Position numbers and translations under genes: made by a program. Shown here piece after piece: positions 26,650 through 39,092 of a stretch of DNA of 64,000 nucleotides (within the stretch, counting starts at the first letter, position 1; every line of letters begins with the position of its first letter). This DNA comes from Octopus sinensis (Eukaryota). The DNA lies in assembly GCF_006345805.1 (NCBI RefSeq), contig NC_043004.1, forward strand, positions 56,606,001 through 56,670,000. Reading direction: 5' to 3'. The notes under the pieces were generated by a model, which saw only the letters and a list, made by a program, of their open reading frames with translations, was not told where the DNA came from and made no database searches.

Positions 26650-29312
26650 AAGTCTGAGCACAAACCGTCCTGCGGTATTCTACCCACAAATGCTCAACCT
26701 ACAACCAAATTCGATGCCGTCTATTGCAAGCTGAGCCTATCTGAGTTTTGCCTGCCCGTGTTGGCTGATTACAGGCCGCCTCTAGCCGACCCCCAGGACG
26801 ATGCTCATCTACTCGAAGCGATAAGATTCGTTTCAGCTTCGCATGACTGCTTGGTACTAGGCGACTTCAACGCTCCCACGATCGATTGCCCGCATCAATT
26901 TGTACAACATCTTCCCGGTTTGGCCAGGCCCTTCTTGACGTGGCTGAAGATTGTTTTCTATCGCAACATGTTGAATATCCGACAAGGCATCGGTCTGGGC
27001 AGCAGCCATCTATGCTAGATCTGGTATTCTCCCGCTATCCAAGATCAGTGTCAGACGTATCTGTGTGCGCCCCTCTTGCCAAGAGTGATCATGCGGTCCT
27101 GAAGTTCGTCATGCACACTACTTTTTCCACGCCCACGATTACTTCGCTGCCACGTAGAGTCTTCTCTGCAATTAATCTTAAAATTCTAACCGAGGCTTCC
27201 GCGCTTCTGGACTGGCGTTCCCTGATGACGTTGTCCTCAGTTGACGAACTATGGTCATCCCTCAAAGCATATGTAATCTGTTTGACTGACCAGGCAGTTC
27301 CCGTTGGACTTCCCAAGAGGAAGAAACACAAGCCTGGGTGACGAAGAAGGTTAAACGAGAACGTAGACTCAGAGATATTGCTTGGGCTGAATTAAAAAAT
27401 CTGGATTCGACTGCAGCTTTTGAGGTGTACAAAACTCAACGAGACCGAGCCGTGAAAATTGAAAGGAAAGAACGCTTCAGTTATGAATACAAAATCGCGG
27501 CAAATGCCAGTAGCAATCCAAAAACCTTCTTTGCCCATGTCCAGCGGAATTCCCGCTTGAACAACCAGATTACAACGTTGGTAGACTCAACAGGCGTATC
27601 GATTGAGGACCCTTATCAACAGAGTCAATTATTTGCCGAGGCTTTTTCAACTATTTTCAAACAAGATGATGGTCGTGAACGCCCTCCATTTGATAGATCG
27701 GTACCTCCAATGCTTCGATTGATCATCACGCGGGACCAAGTCAAACGTGTTATTCAAGGCCTCGATGTCAACAAGGGTCACGGCCCTGACGGCATACACC
27801 CACGGGTTATCAAAGCGTTGGCTCCGGTCATCTGCGAGCCCTTAACACGACTATTCAATATGTCATTGGCGACGGGTGTTATACCTGCAGACTGGAGAAC
27901 AGCGATAATCTGCCCAATTTTCAAGAAAGGGAGCCGCGAAGACCCGCTTAACTACCGACCGGTCTCCCTTACATCAATAATCAGCAAGATGTTCGAAAAC
28001 ATCCTTAAGAAAAGTATGATGCTCCACCTCCTAAACACAGCCTCGATCACTGATTCCCAACACAGCTTCGTGCCGAAGAGATCATGCTTGACCAACTTAC
28101 TAGTAATGGAAGAATTGGTGACGCGCATCCTCGATGATAGTGATGCTGTTGACATCGTTTTATTGGACTTTGCCAAAGCTTTTGACTCGGTAAACCACCG
28201 CCTACTACTTGTCAAGCTTCAAGCATATAGTTTCCATCCGGATATTGTACGATGGGTTGGTGCCTTCCTCTCAGATCGCTCCTTCCAAGTTCAAGTTAAT
28301 GGTTCGCGGTCCGACGTCTCCAGTGCGAGCAGTGGCGTGCCTCAAGGTTCAGTGCTTGGGCCCTTGTTGTTCTTAGTCTTCATAAATGACTTGCCCGACG
28401 ACCTCACGCAACACACCCTTCTATTTGCCGACGATATCAAACTGGTCGCTCCTCGCGGTAGTATAGAGGATCTTCGTCGATGCCTCCACCAAATTTGGAA
28501 GTGGTCTAACGATTGGGACCTGTGTCTGAACGTGTCAAAGTGCTGTCATCTGCCTGTCGGCTCTACTCCTGCAACTCAACTTGATTTCGAGCCGGGTCGT
28601 CTGCTGCTGGAGAGGACCGATCAGGTAAAGGACCTGGGTATCTTGGTGGATTCCTCCTTTTCGCCTTCGGCCCAGTGCGTCCATGCTGCCAACAAAGCGC
28701 GCGGAATTCTGTTTTTGATTCGACGGTCATTCGGAATGCTCACAGCAGCCATATTCCTGCCACTCTATGTCACGCTGGTGAGACCCATATTGGAGTATGG
28801 GATTCAAGCCTCTTCTCCTTATCTCCTCAAAGACATACAGCACCTCGAAAGAGTCCAGAGGCTGGCTACCCGCATGGTTCATGGTCTCAAAAATTTGTCC
28901 TACGAAGAAAGGCTGAGGACGCTCGACCTTTGTTCTCTTGAAAAACGCCGCCGCTGTGGTGATCTCATTCTCGCCCACAACATCATAAGCGGGAAGTGTA
29001 AACTCTCGAAAGAGCTGTTCTTCACTCCTGCTCCGGAGCGTCGGCTGCGGGGTCATTCCGAAAAGCTCTACCTGCGACGATTTCATCTCAATCGAAGGAG
29101 AGGAGCTTTCTCCGTCCGGGTTGCGGATCCGTGGAACAAGCTGCCAGACGAGATGGTGAAGATACCGACGACCGCTTTGTTCAAAGCCTCCCTGGACCTC
29201 AAGTGGCCTGAACTCTTTACATGAACACCACCCTGTACTTAACTCCATGTCCCCCTACATGGCCTTGCTATTTGCTTTTGAGCCAAATTAACTAACTAAC
29301 TAACTAACTAAC
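26650..29312 (+). mobile_element. 5'-truncated CR1-group LINE: APE C-terminal part plus RT, two 1-bp frameshifts, (TAAC)n tail
   Basis: YRPP..LVLGDFNAP, LDLVF..SDH (APE); NYRPVSLTS, DFAKAFDSV, GVPQGSVLGPLLF, FADD (RT); frameshifts near 26888 and 27336; taactaactaac tail at ~29289-29312; starts at a (TA)n array. Confidence 0.95.
27338..29224 (+). CDS. Uninterrupted 628-aa RT-containing part of LINE ORF2
   Basis: ORF track; all RT motifs present. Confidence 0.9.
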   Translation: MTKKVKRERRLRDIAWAELKNLDSTAAFEVYKTQRDRAVKIERKERFSYEYKIAANASSNPKTFFAHVQRNSRLNNQITTLVDSTGVSIEDPYQQSQLFAEAFSTIFKQDDGRERPPFDRSVPPMLRLIITRDQVKRVIQGLDVNKGHGPDGIHPRVIKALAPVICEPLTRLFNMSLATGVIPADWRTAIICPIFKKGSREDPLNYRPVSLTSIISKMFENILKKSMMLHLLNTASITDSQHSFVPKRSCLTNLLVMEELVTRILDDSDAVDIVLLDFAKAFDSVNHRLLLVKLQAYSFHPDIVRWVGAFLSDRSFQVQVNGSRSDVSSASSGVPQGSVLGPLLFLVFINDLPDDLTQHTLLFADDIKLVAPRGSIEDLRRCLHQIWKWSNDWDLCLNVSKCCHLPVGSTPATQLDFEPGRLLLERTDQVKDLGILVDSSFSPSAQCVHAANKARGILFLIRRSFGMLTAAIFLPLYVTLVRPILEYGIQASSPYLLKDIQHLERVQRLATRMVHGLKNLSYEERLRTLDLCSLEKRRRCGDLILAHNIISGKCKLSKELFFTPAPERRLRGHSEKLYLRRFHLNRRRGAFSVRVADPWNKLPDEMVKIPTTALFKASLDLKWPELFT

Positions 29313-30414
29313 ATATACATACATATATATATGTGCGTAAGAGGATACGAATGTACAAAGTTCCAATATCCAGTATTTTAACTTCGATTCAAACGCCCTC
29401 GTACATTGTTGTGTCAGCACCGATTTCACCGTATGTTTCAAGAAATATAGAAACATTCGATCAGCTAAGAGAGTAAAGATAATCTTACAATTACAGCCAC
29501 CCGCTGTTTACGGCTAGAAATAATAATTTATTGCGTCATTTATCAAGCTGAAACAAGACCGTTTGTCAATTGTCTTTTCGGAAGATAACTTTTAAACAAG
29601 AGACACCTGTAAACAAGAATCAAAAGGAAAACGACAAGGGCGATAATCAACTTTACAATAATTCGAAGTCAAGCAGACATATACCAAATGTTCATGGTTT
29701 AATAAGTGTGCGCTTGTCTACTTTTAAATTCCGATTGGATGTTTTTCTTGAAAGCAGACATACAGAAAAAATGTCATTCCCCGAATTTATGAATTCGTCG
29801 GAAGTTCTCGACATTTTTTAATAGATATACTTTTTCAAGTGAATATACTGGATATTTTTAGATTCACTCATAGAAGGTCTGGATTTAGAGAGGATTTTCC
29901 ATTTCATATCGAAATTGGCCCCTTCGTCTCTTCGTTTTCAACTTAAAGCTGAAAGATTCATGAATGTTTTCTTACTACGTGCCTAAAATACTTAAATACT
30001 TGTTATATCTAGTTTAAAATTTTTTTTTCCACGACTCAGGTTTAACGTCTGATATCTATATGGTTGTTGTCGTAGTTTGACGAAACCTGTGCTTCATAAA
30101 CAACGGAAGATGTATCGCACACCTGTCCTAGATGACATTTAGAGTTATCTCTACATGTGCATCGGAGCAAGCTTGAGTCGTCCGTTGCTTAACATTAGGA
30201 GGACAAGAAAAGGTAACTTTCATTGAGTGTTTGTTAATGATTTTATTGTACCAATGCGTTCAAGGGAAGAGAGTATCAACTAACGGCAAGAATGTTCAGC
30301 ATTCATTTGCCCTTACATTAAGGGGGAAAGGTGGGGACGAACCATAAAATGTTTCCGAGAACTTACGACTAGTTGATAGAGGAGGTGGTGGGGTGTAGAG
30401 ATAAATCTCAGTCG

Positions 30415-31890
30415 ATTGTTTCAGTCTTCAAAAAGGACAGCAGCAAGTCCCAGACAGAGAATTACCAACCTATCTCCTTTAATTCTCATCTCATCAAATT
30501 ATTTGAGAGAGTGGTGTGATCTAGAGTGAGCCACTTCCTGAAAAGCCACAACCTGCTGGTTCCCAACCAGCATGGTTTCCGCAATGGCAAGAACTACCTT
30601 ACACAGCTCCTGCATCATTTCGACGATATCCTAAAGATCTTGGGTGAGGGATCTAATGCAGATGTCATATATCTTGACTTCAGCAAGGCTTTTGACAAGG
30701 TTGACCACAACATGATCTTTAAAGAAAATAAAACCTCTCCAACATTGGAGTGCACGATAAGCTTCTAAAGTGATTTAAATTCTTTCTGGTGAACAGAAGG
30801 CAGCATGTGGTGATCAATGGTATTCGATCAAGCACACCAAATGTCATCAGTTGTGTCCCACAAAGCACTATTTTAGACCCACTCCTGTTCCTTATCTACA
30901 TAAATTACATACTCAGGGTCATTAAATACAGTAATATAAAAATGTTCGAGACAGGATAGGAGATCGGAGAAATCTTCAATGGGACCTATTTGCTGTTATC
31001 CAATGGGCGTAGACACATAACATGCAACTGAACGAGAACAAGTTTGAGTTAATCCACTTTGGTAAATAGGCTGCACTTAAACAACCATATATTATTCATT
31101 CTGGCGAACTCCTCACGGCATCAAACACCACTAGGGACTTCGCTGTGACTGTTGACGATAACTTAAGCTGGAGTGTCCACATAAACCAGAAAGTCGACAT
31201 GGCCCGCAGGGCTTGCTCCTGGATCCTAAGGACTTTCCAGTATAGAGATGATCCAACCATTATCCTTCTTTTTTCTACCTTCGTCCACCATTACCTTGAA
31301 TACTGTTGTCCAAAGTATTAAAAAGCTTGAAGCACCTCTCAGATCAATTACAAAAAATAAAAAAAATGATGGCATGTCTGGTCTTAATTACTGGGATCGA
31401 CTCGCGAATCTCAAACTGTATCCTCTCCAGCGCCGCCGAGAGTGCCTTATTCTTTGTATGATTTGGTAATTGTTCCGACAATAGTGCCCAAATGATATCG
31501 GTATCACTTTTAAAATCCATCCAAGTCTTGGTCCCCGTGCCATGCGTCATCTACAGAAATCGTGCTCTCAGAACATCCCAACACTAAGGCAGAACTACCT
31601 CTCCTCAAGTGGGTCTGTTCTTTTTATCATCATTCCAAAACATAAAAAGTGGGTAAAAGATTTCATAACCTTCAAAAAGTTCTTGGATGAAAGACTTCAA
31701 CAAATTCCAGATAAAGGACCTACACAAGAATATACTGCTGGAAACAACAAGTCTTTAATCGAATGGGCAATGGTGCCTAAAAATAACTATACAAAAATAC
31801 ATTAATAAATGTATTTTCCATGTGGTGCTATTAGGTTAGCTACGACCTGGGTCAATGTCGCCGAAACCTATCTAAATATCTAAGTAACTA
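30415..31890 (+). mobile_element. Degenerate 5'-truncated CR1-group LINE
   Basis: [39 protein letters not shown]; many stops; tail gccgaaacctatctaaatatctaagt. Confidence 0.9.
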
Positions 31891-32003
31891 GTATATATAT
31901 ATATATATATATATATATGTAGGTCCCGGGTTGAGTCGGGGTTAACCACAGTAAATAAGGTACTCAATATATAGCAGAGTAAATTAATTTATTTTATAGA
32001 AGG

Positions 32004-32054
32004 AGGTTCTACAGGACTAGAACTGTTTCATTCAAAAGAAATCATCAGGAAGCT
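32004..32054 (-). ncRNA. Hammerhead of the 3' pseudo-LTR (one stem-I mismatch)
   Basis: agcttc CTGATGA tttcttttgaat GAAA cag ttctagtc ctg TA gaacct. Confidence 0.7.
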
Positions 32055-32279
32055 AGGTGACAAGAGTAGTTTTGGCATTTATACATTTAGGCAGGTTTAA
32101 AGGGGTGGTGGTGGGGGACTTTTTTTGGGTAGGCATGGCACAAACTATCATTCTTAGGGGAGTGGTCAAAGGAATCGGTGGTAAAGTAGATAAAAGAATA
32201 AATAAAAGAATAAAAGAATAAATAGAAAAATAGAGTTTTAGGTAAATAAGGAGACTCTCACTTATACATATACATATAC

Positions 32280-32324
<45 letters not shown>

Positions 32325-32696
32325 TGTACATATACACATACACACATACACACATACACATATGTATACATATACATACATACATATACTCACATATACA
32401 TACATACACATATACATATATACACATACACATACGTACACATACACACATACACCCATATACACATGTACATATGTACCCAAATACATGTACATACGTA
32501 CACGCCCATACCCATACTCATACATACACTTATATATGTCTACACACATATATATATATATTAAAGGGGATATACACCCCCATACACACACGCTCCCATA
32601 TCCATATATATATATATATATATACATACACATATATTTACACACACCCATATACACATATATATATACATACATACACATACATACCTATACATA

Positions 32697-32746
<50 letters not shown>

Positions 32747-33256
32747 TATATATACACACACATACATACACATACAAATGCATATACATGCACACACATA
32801 CACACACATTTCTTCCCTTATTTTAATTTTATTTTTATTTTTTACTTTTGTTTTTATTTTTATTTTTATCTTGACCTCGGCCAGCCAGCCCGGCACTGAA
32901 GTGTTGTCGTCCCAAGGGAACTAGTCTAAAGAATCCATTTATTGCCCTCTCCCTTCCTTTCTATCTTTCTTCTCACTGATACGAACACAAACACTCACAC
33001 ACGCACACTCACACGTACACTCATACACATACACACACGCACGTGTTAAATCCATACATACATACATACATCTACATACATGCACGTATATACACATACG
33101 TACACGTACCTACAAATTCATATCTACACGCATACACATACATACATACATCTATACACCCACAGAAGACTAGTCCATACATATACACAAATAAATATAT
33201 ATACATATACATAAGCACATACATACACATACATACACATATACATATATATATAT

Positions 33257-33300
<44 letters not shown>

Positions 33301-34346
33301 TATATACATATATACACATACACATACACGTACGCGCATACCTACATATACATACACACATATATACTTACGCCAGTCATATACATACCTACATACCCAT
33401 ACATCCATATATCTATACATATACATACAGGTATATATACACAAGCACATACTAATACACACGCACACACATCTATCTACATATATAAAAAAAGAAACCC
33501 AACAAGTCCATACATGTACACACATACACATACATACATGCATATACACATATATACCCATACACATATACACATACATACACATACACAAATATATACA
33601 CACATGTATATATATACATATATACACATATATATATATACATACACACATGCATACACATACACACACATGCGCATCTATATATACACATAAGTACATA
33701 CATGCATAAATGTATACATATGTTTATACATATACATACACATACACACACACACGCGCATCCTTATATACATAAATACATACATGCATACAAACATATA
33801 CATATATACATACATGCATACTCAAATAATAAATAATAAATAATAATTAATAAATATATACATGCAGTTACCCATTATACAGACGGATACATACATATAA
33901 ACATACACATATATACCTATTTACACATATGTATATATACATACATACATAAACATACACATAACTCTACATAGATACATATAAATAAACACACAAGCGT
34001 ACATATATATATATATATATATCCACATACATACATATACACATATACATACACATACACATACATATACACGCACGTAAATACACGCACTCACATACAT
34101 CCACATACATACATATACACATATACATACACATACACATACATATACACGCACGTAAATACACGCACTCACATACATACGTATATTCCTACTAACACCC
34201 ATACATTTCTATACATATATACAATACATATATACAAGTGTACACATACAATATGTGAATAGTCTTAGGAAAAAAGGTAATTGGGGGTGCTGGGGGAATG
34301 GTGGGGTGGGGGTGGGAGTTGTGTGTGTGTGTGGGGGGGGGTGTCG

Positions 34347-36475
34347 TCAATCAGGTTGCCGGGTGGGTCTGTAGTTTTTGTAGTTTGCATAAATTTTATG
34401 CATGCAATTTGGGGAGTGTTCCGAGATCTTGTTGAGGAGAGGGCCTTTGGCGAACAAGATCTCCAGGCTCTCAGAAATGCAAAGGTCACAGCAGGTATGG
34501 CCTCCTGTGTACGAACGCGCCCTCTGTAGTAGTCTCCACTTGATCTTGAAGGGGATGGAGTTCCTTTTAAGGTACCAGATGTGGGCGGTGAGGGTAGTTT
34601 GGTTGGATTTGTCAGGTCGCCGGAACGAATGCGTGTGGGCGTACCAACGAGTCTTAAAGCTGTTTGACGTCATTCCGATGTACGATTTTCTTTTATCATC
34701 GGGGCCTGATCGTACCTCGCATGTGTAGACGAGGTCCTTCTGTAGGCAGTTGTTGTTGAGGGGGCAAGTGGTTTTATCAGGGCAGTTGCAATTGCTATCG
34801 GATGTTGGATGGGCCTCGGAAAAAGTAGATTTATTAAGTTTTTCACGTTATTGTTGGCTAGGTTCCTGGCTAGATTGGGCGTGGTAGAGTAGGAGAGTCT
34901 AATGGTGTTCTTATTTAGGATTGTATAGTACTTATGTTGGGTGGGGAAGTGTTTCTGTAGAAGAGTGAACAAGATTTTAGCTACAGGTGTAGCGACCTCA
35001 CGGTTGAAGTGGGGGTTGTACCAGCTAATGTGTATTCGCCTATTTTTCCTGGGTTGGCGTGGGGCTATGCTAGTATAGGTGATCATATCTTTAAAGCCAC
35101 TGCGGGCCAGGGCCTCGTTGTAATAGGGGGCTGCTGCATTAAATATATTTTCAGTAGCGGACAGGCTAGATATTCTAATTGAGACACATTTTATTAGGTT
35201 GTCTAATATATTTTTGGGGTGGTTGGAATTAATGTCTATATATCTAAGGGATTCATTTGGTTTGTGGTACAGGTAATAAAGTGAGGTTTTTAAGTCGAGA
35301 GTAACGTCAAGGAAGTTAGCTTTGGTTAAGTCGGATTCTAAGGTAATCCTAAGGCCTAAGTTTTTTTAAAAAGTGTAAAGATTTTTCCGGAACCCATCCG
35401 TGGTCCTGGGGTTTATTTTGTGGAGGGCAAAAAGGCCATCATCGCGGTAAAGACCACCGGAGAGGCCTGTGAATAGGGTCTTCAGCCTATGGAGGATGAA
35501 AAGGCCCACAAGGTCACTTATTTCAGCCGAGTCGCTAGCACCCATGCTGACGTCGAAGGGGGTCACAGATTTTTTGTTGATCCAGTGGGATCCGCCGTGG
35601 AAAAGAAAAGTCTTACGTGCGTAAGGAGGATCACATCTTGCTCGGCCTCGGTGATGGTGGAGAACTTCCTAGCGAAGTTAATCGCGTCGATCAGCAGGCT
35701 CTCCGATATGGAGGCGTAGTAATCTTCGATATCTAATTGTAGGAATCGGGTGTTGCTTTTGTCAGGTAAATCCCGGAACCAGGTTATTGCCTCGGAGGTC
35801 CTATTCCAGAGTGGAAGGGGTGAAGCTTCACGCATTTTAGGTAAAATCCTGTCCAGGATCTTCTTGCTGACGGATCCGATGTCAGACTTGGTTGGGTTAA
35901 TCAGTCGGACCGATGGTTTATTTTCGAAATTGTCTTTGTGGTCTTTCAGGGTGAAGTGTGGGGACTTCAGTTCGGTCATCGATTTTAAGGGAGGTGGCAA
36001 TCTCTTTCCCGGCTAAGTTGGTTTCAGTTAAAGCTGTGTCATCAACTTTTTTGTACTTAGCTGTGATGGCGTTATCAGCTAGTCTGTTGTAGGTATCCGG
36101 AGTCACCGCGTAAATATTTTTTGTCTTGTCCGAAGGGACATGGAGGTGCGGGGAGCTTTCCATTTTCGAAAGTTTCTCATTAAGTTCCGTTTGGAAAGGT
36201 AGGTTGACTCTCCTGAATTTGATGTTTTTTATCATGAGGAAGAGGTCTTCTTCAAACGGTTCGAGTAGGCTGTTGGTAGGAGGGGCCTTATTTGATTAGA
36301 AGCCGTACTTATCATTATTGGTAGATGCTACATCAGGGTGGTCGAAGAAGAACGATCTCCATCGAATTATTTTGATGAACTCATCAGTCCGTCTAATAAG
36401 GGCTTTTTGGTACTGTTTCCTTGGTGGGATAGTAATGTTCTTCAAGGAAGTGTTGAGGTCGATTCTTGTCAGCAT
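34347..36475 (-). pseudogene. PLE RT-GIY-YIG ORF with 1 nonsense codon and about 4 frameshifts; motifs resemble the Hydra clade
   Basis: SLKNITIP, TLKDHKDNFENKPSVRLINPTKS, FDVSMG..SAE, GLYRDDGL, NFLDVTLDL, SNHP, WYNP, SYIGMT..FKTRWYAH, IWYLK, CDLC, CMH; TAA at 36296-36298; shifts near 35965, 35625, 35368 and 34820. Confidence 0.9.
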
Positions 36476-36606
36476 TTTTTCTTGGTGATGGTTATAAGGG
36501 CACTGGGGTGTGCTAGGATATGTAGGTCCCGGGTTGAGTCGGGGTTAACCACAGTAAATAAGGTATTCAATACATAGCAGAGTAAATCAATTTATTTTAT
36601 AGAAGG

Positions 36607-36657
36607 AGCTTCTACAGGACTAGAACTGTTTCATTCAAAAGAAATCATCAGGAAGCT
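36607..36657 (-). ncRNA. Hammerhead of the 5' pseudo-LTR
   Basis: agcttc CTGATGA tttcttttgaat GAAA cag ttctagtc ctg TA gaagct; 6-bp stem I, GUA site, weak first pair of stem II. Confidence 0.75.
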
Positions 36658-36895
36658 AGGTGACAAGAGTAGTTTTGGCATTTATACATTTAGGCAGGTT
36701 TAAAGGGGTGGTTGTGGGGGACTTTTTTGGGGTAGGCATGGCGCAAATTATCATTCTTAGGGGAGTGGTCAAAGGAATCGGTGGTAAAGTAAATAAAAGA
36801 ATAAAAGAATAAAAGAATAAATAGAAAAATAGAGTTTTAGGTAAATAAGGAGACTCTCACTTATACATATACATATACATATACATATATATACA

Positions 36896-36937
<42 letters not shown>

Positions 36938-37300
36938 CACACATGTACATATACACATACACACACACACATACACATATGTATACATATACATACATAC
37001 ATATACACACATATACATACATACACATATATATATATATACACATACACATACACACATACACCCATATACACATGTACATATGTACCCAAATACATGT
37101 ATCTACGTACACGCCCATACCCATACTCATACATACGCTTATATATGTCTACACATATATATATATATATATTAAAGGGGATATACACCCCCATACACAC
37201 ACGCTCCCATATCCATATATATATATATATATACATACACATATATTTACACACACCCATATACACATATATATACATACATACACATACATACCTATAC

Positions 37301-37331
<31 letters not shown>

Positions 37332-37635
37332 TATATATACACACACACACATACATACACATACAAATGCATATACATGCACACACATACACACACATTT
37401 CTTCCCTTATATATATTTTATACATATATACATACATGCATACTCAAATAATAAATAATAAATAATAAATAATAATAAATAATAATAAATATATACATGC
37501 AGTTACCCATTATACAGACGGATACATACATATAAACATACACATATATACATATTTACACATATGTATATATACATACATACATACACATACACATAAC
37601 TCTACATACCTACATATACATAAACACACAAGCGT

Positions 37636-37682
<47 letters not shown>

Positions 37683-37684
<2 letters not shown>

Positions 37685-37998
37685 GGAGTGTCTGTGTGGT
37701 AAGTAGCTTGCTTACCAAACACATGGTTTCGAGTTCGGTCCCACTGCGTGGCACCTAGGGTAAGTGTCTTCTGCTATAGCCTCGGGCCAACCATGGCCTT
37801 GTGAGTGGATTTAGTAGACGGAAACTGAATAGAAGCCCGTCATATATATATATATATGTATATATGTGTGTGTGTAGTTGTAATTGTCCCCGCAACGTTG
37901 CTTAACAACCGATGCTAGTGTGTTTATTACGTCCCCGTAACCTAGCGGTTCAGCAAAAGAGGTCGATAGAATAATTACTCGGCTTACAAAGAATAAGT
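37683..37998 (+). mobile_element. SINE of the 530-944 family, 3' end replaced by (TA)n
   Basis: collinear with 535-860. Confidence 0.85.
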
Positions 37999-38031
<33 letters not shown>

Positions 38032-38036
<5 letters not shown>

Positions 38037-38922
38037 GACAGACTCTAAACAGTACCTACCCTTTGATTCATGTCACCCACGACACACTAGAATGAATGTC
38101 CCTTTTTGTTTAGCTAGAAGGATTTGCACCATAATATCAGACACAAACACCCGACACACACGTCTCCAGGAACTTAGAACCACACTCACAAATAGAAACT
38201 ATCCACAGCCCCTAATAGACAGTGCAATCCAACGGGTACTTAAATTAAGTATAGAAGACCTGAGACAAACAAAACCAAAAAAGAAAGAACAATTAAAAAC
38301 CCTTCCCTACATTTCTACACACAACCCACTCAACAATGAGGCCTTCAACACCATACTACAAAGCACAGCCCTACTAAAGGGAGACCCAAAGATGAACCGG
38401 ATCCTCGAAACACACACAATCATTAAAAGTAAACGGCAACCAAAATCCTTGAAAAGGATTTTAACCCAAGCTACACTGCACTCAACATCAACCACAAAAC
38501 CAGCAGTTAGAAAATGTGGAAGGCCCAACTGCGGAATCTGTGTCATCTTGAAAGAAGGATCAGAATTTATACTGGAACAAGGCCACCAGTTCACCATTAG
38601 AACAAACTTCACCTGCGCATCAGAAAACTTAATTTACGTCATAACATGCGCAGGCTGCAATAGGCAGTATATAGGCCATACAAAAAATAGCTTACGTAAC
38701 AGGATGGCGGTGCATAAATCACAAATTAGAAACCCTGATTACCGCAAAATACCGGTCAGCGGACACATAGATAGATGTGCTGGAAATGTAAATCCGAAAT
38801 TTACAACTAACCCGCTCTATAAATTCAGTGACAACGCAACCTTCACACAACGCCAAAATAAAGAACTATATTTCATAAAAAAATTTAGACCAAGTTTAAA
38901 CACCCTGGGCCAGGAATACTAA
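38032..38922 (+). CDS. Open RT-thumb plus GIY-YIG portion of the PLE ORF
   Basis: ORF track 38092-38922, extended upstream in frame to the (TA)n junction. Confidence 0.85.
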
Positions 38923-39092
38923 AACAAAAGATAAGTCCTCCGAAAAGGAGAAGCAAAATTCCACCACGACCGCTACTTCAAACAGACACTCACTCTGACG
39001 GAAATATACCTAAGTAAAAAAGGGAAAAAAATTCTTTCGTGCAAATCTGACCCTGATACATACGATACAGCTAAGGGTCAGACCCGATTCTG

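Larger units (their letters stand above)
31918..37640 (-). mobile_element. Full-length PLE with direct pseudo-LTRs at both ends, inserted between microsatellites
   Basis: 31918-32820 repeats at 36519-37410 and 33800-34000 repeats at 37420-37640; RT plus C-terminal GIY-YIG between them; hammerhead in each repeat. Confidence 0.92.

Noticed and set aside
27952-29248. Antisense or alternative-frame ORFs over the LINEs and the PLE (also 34281-36577, 50013-51964)
   Set aside because: Shadow frames of GC-richer transposon coding sequence with no independent motifs.
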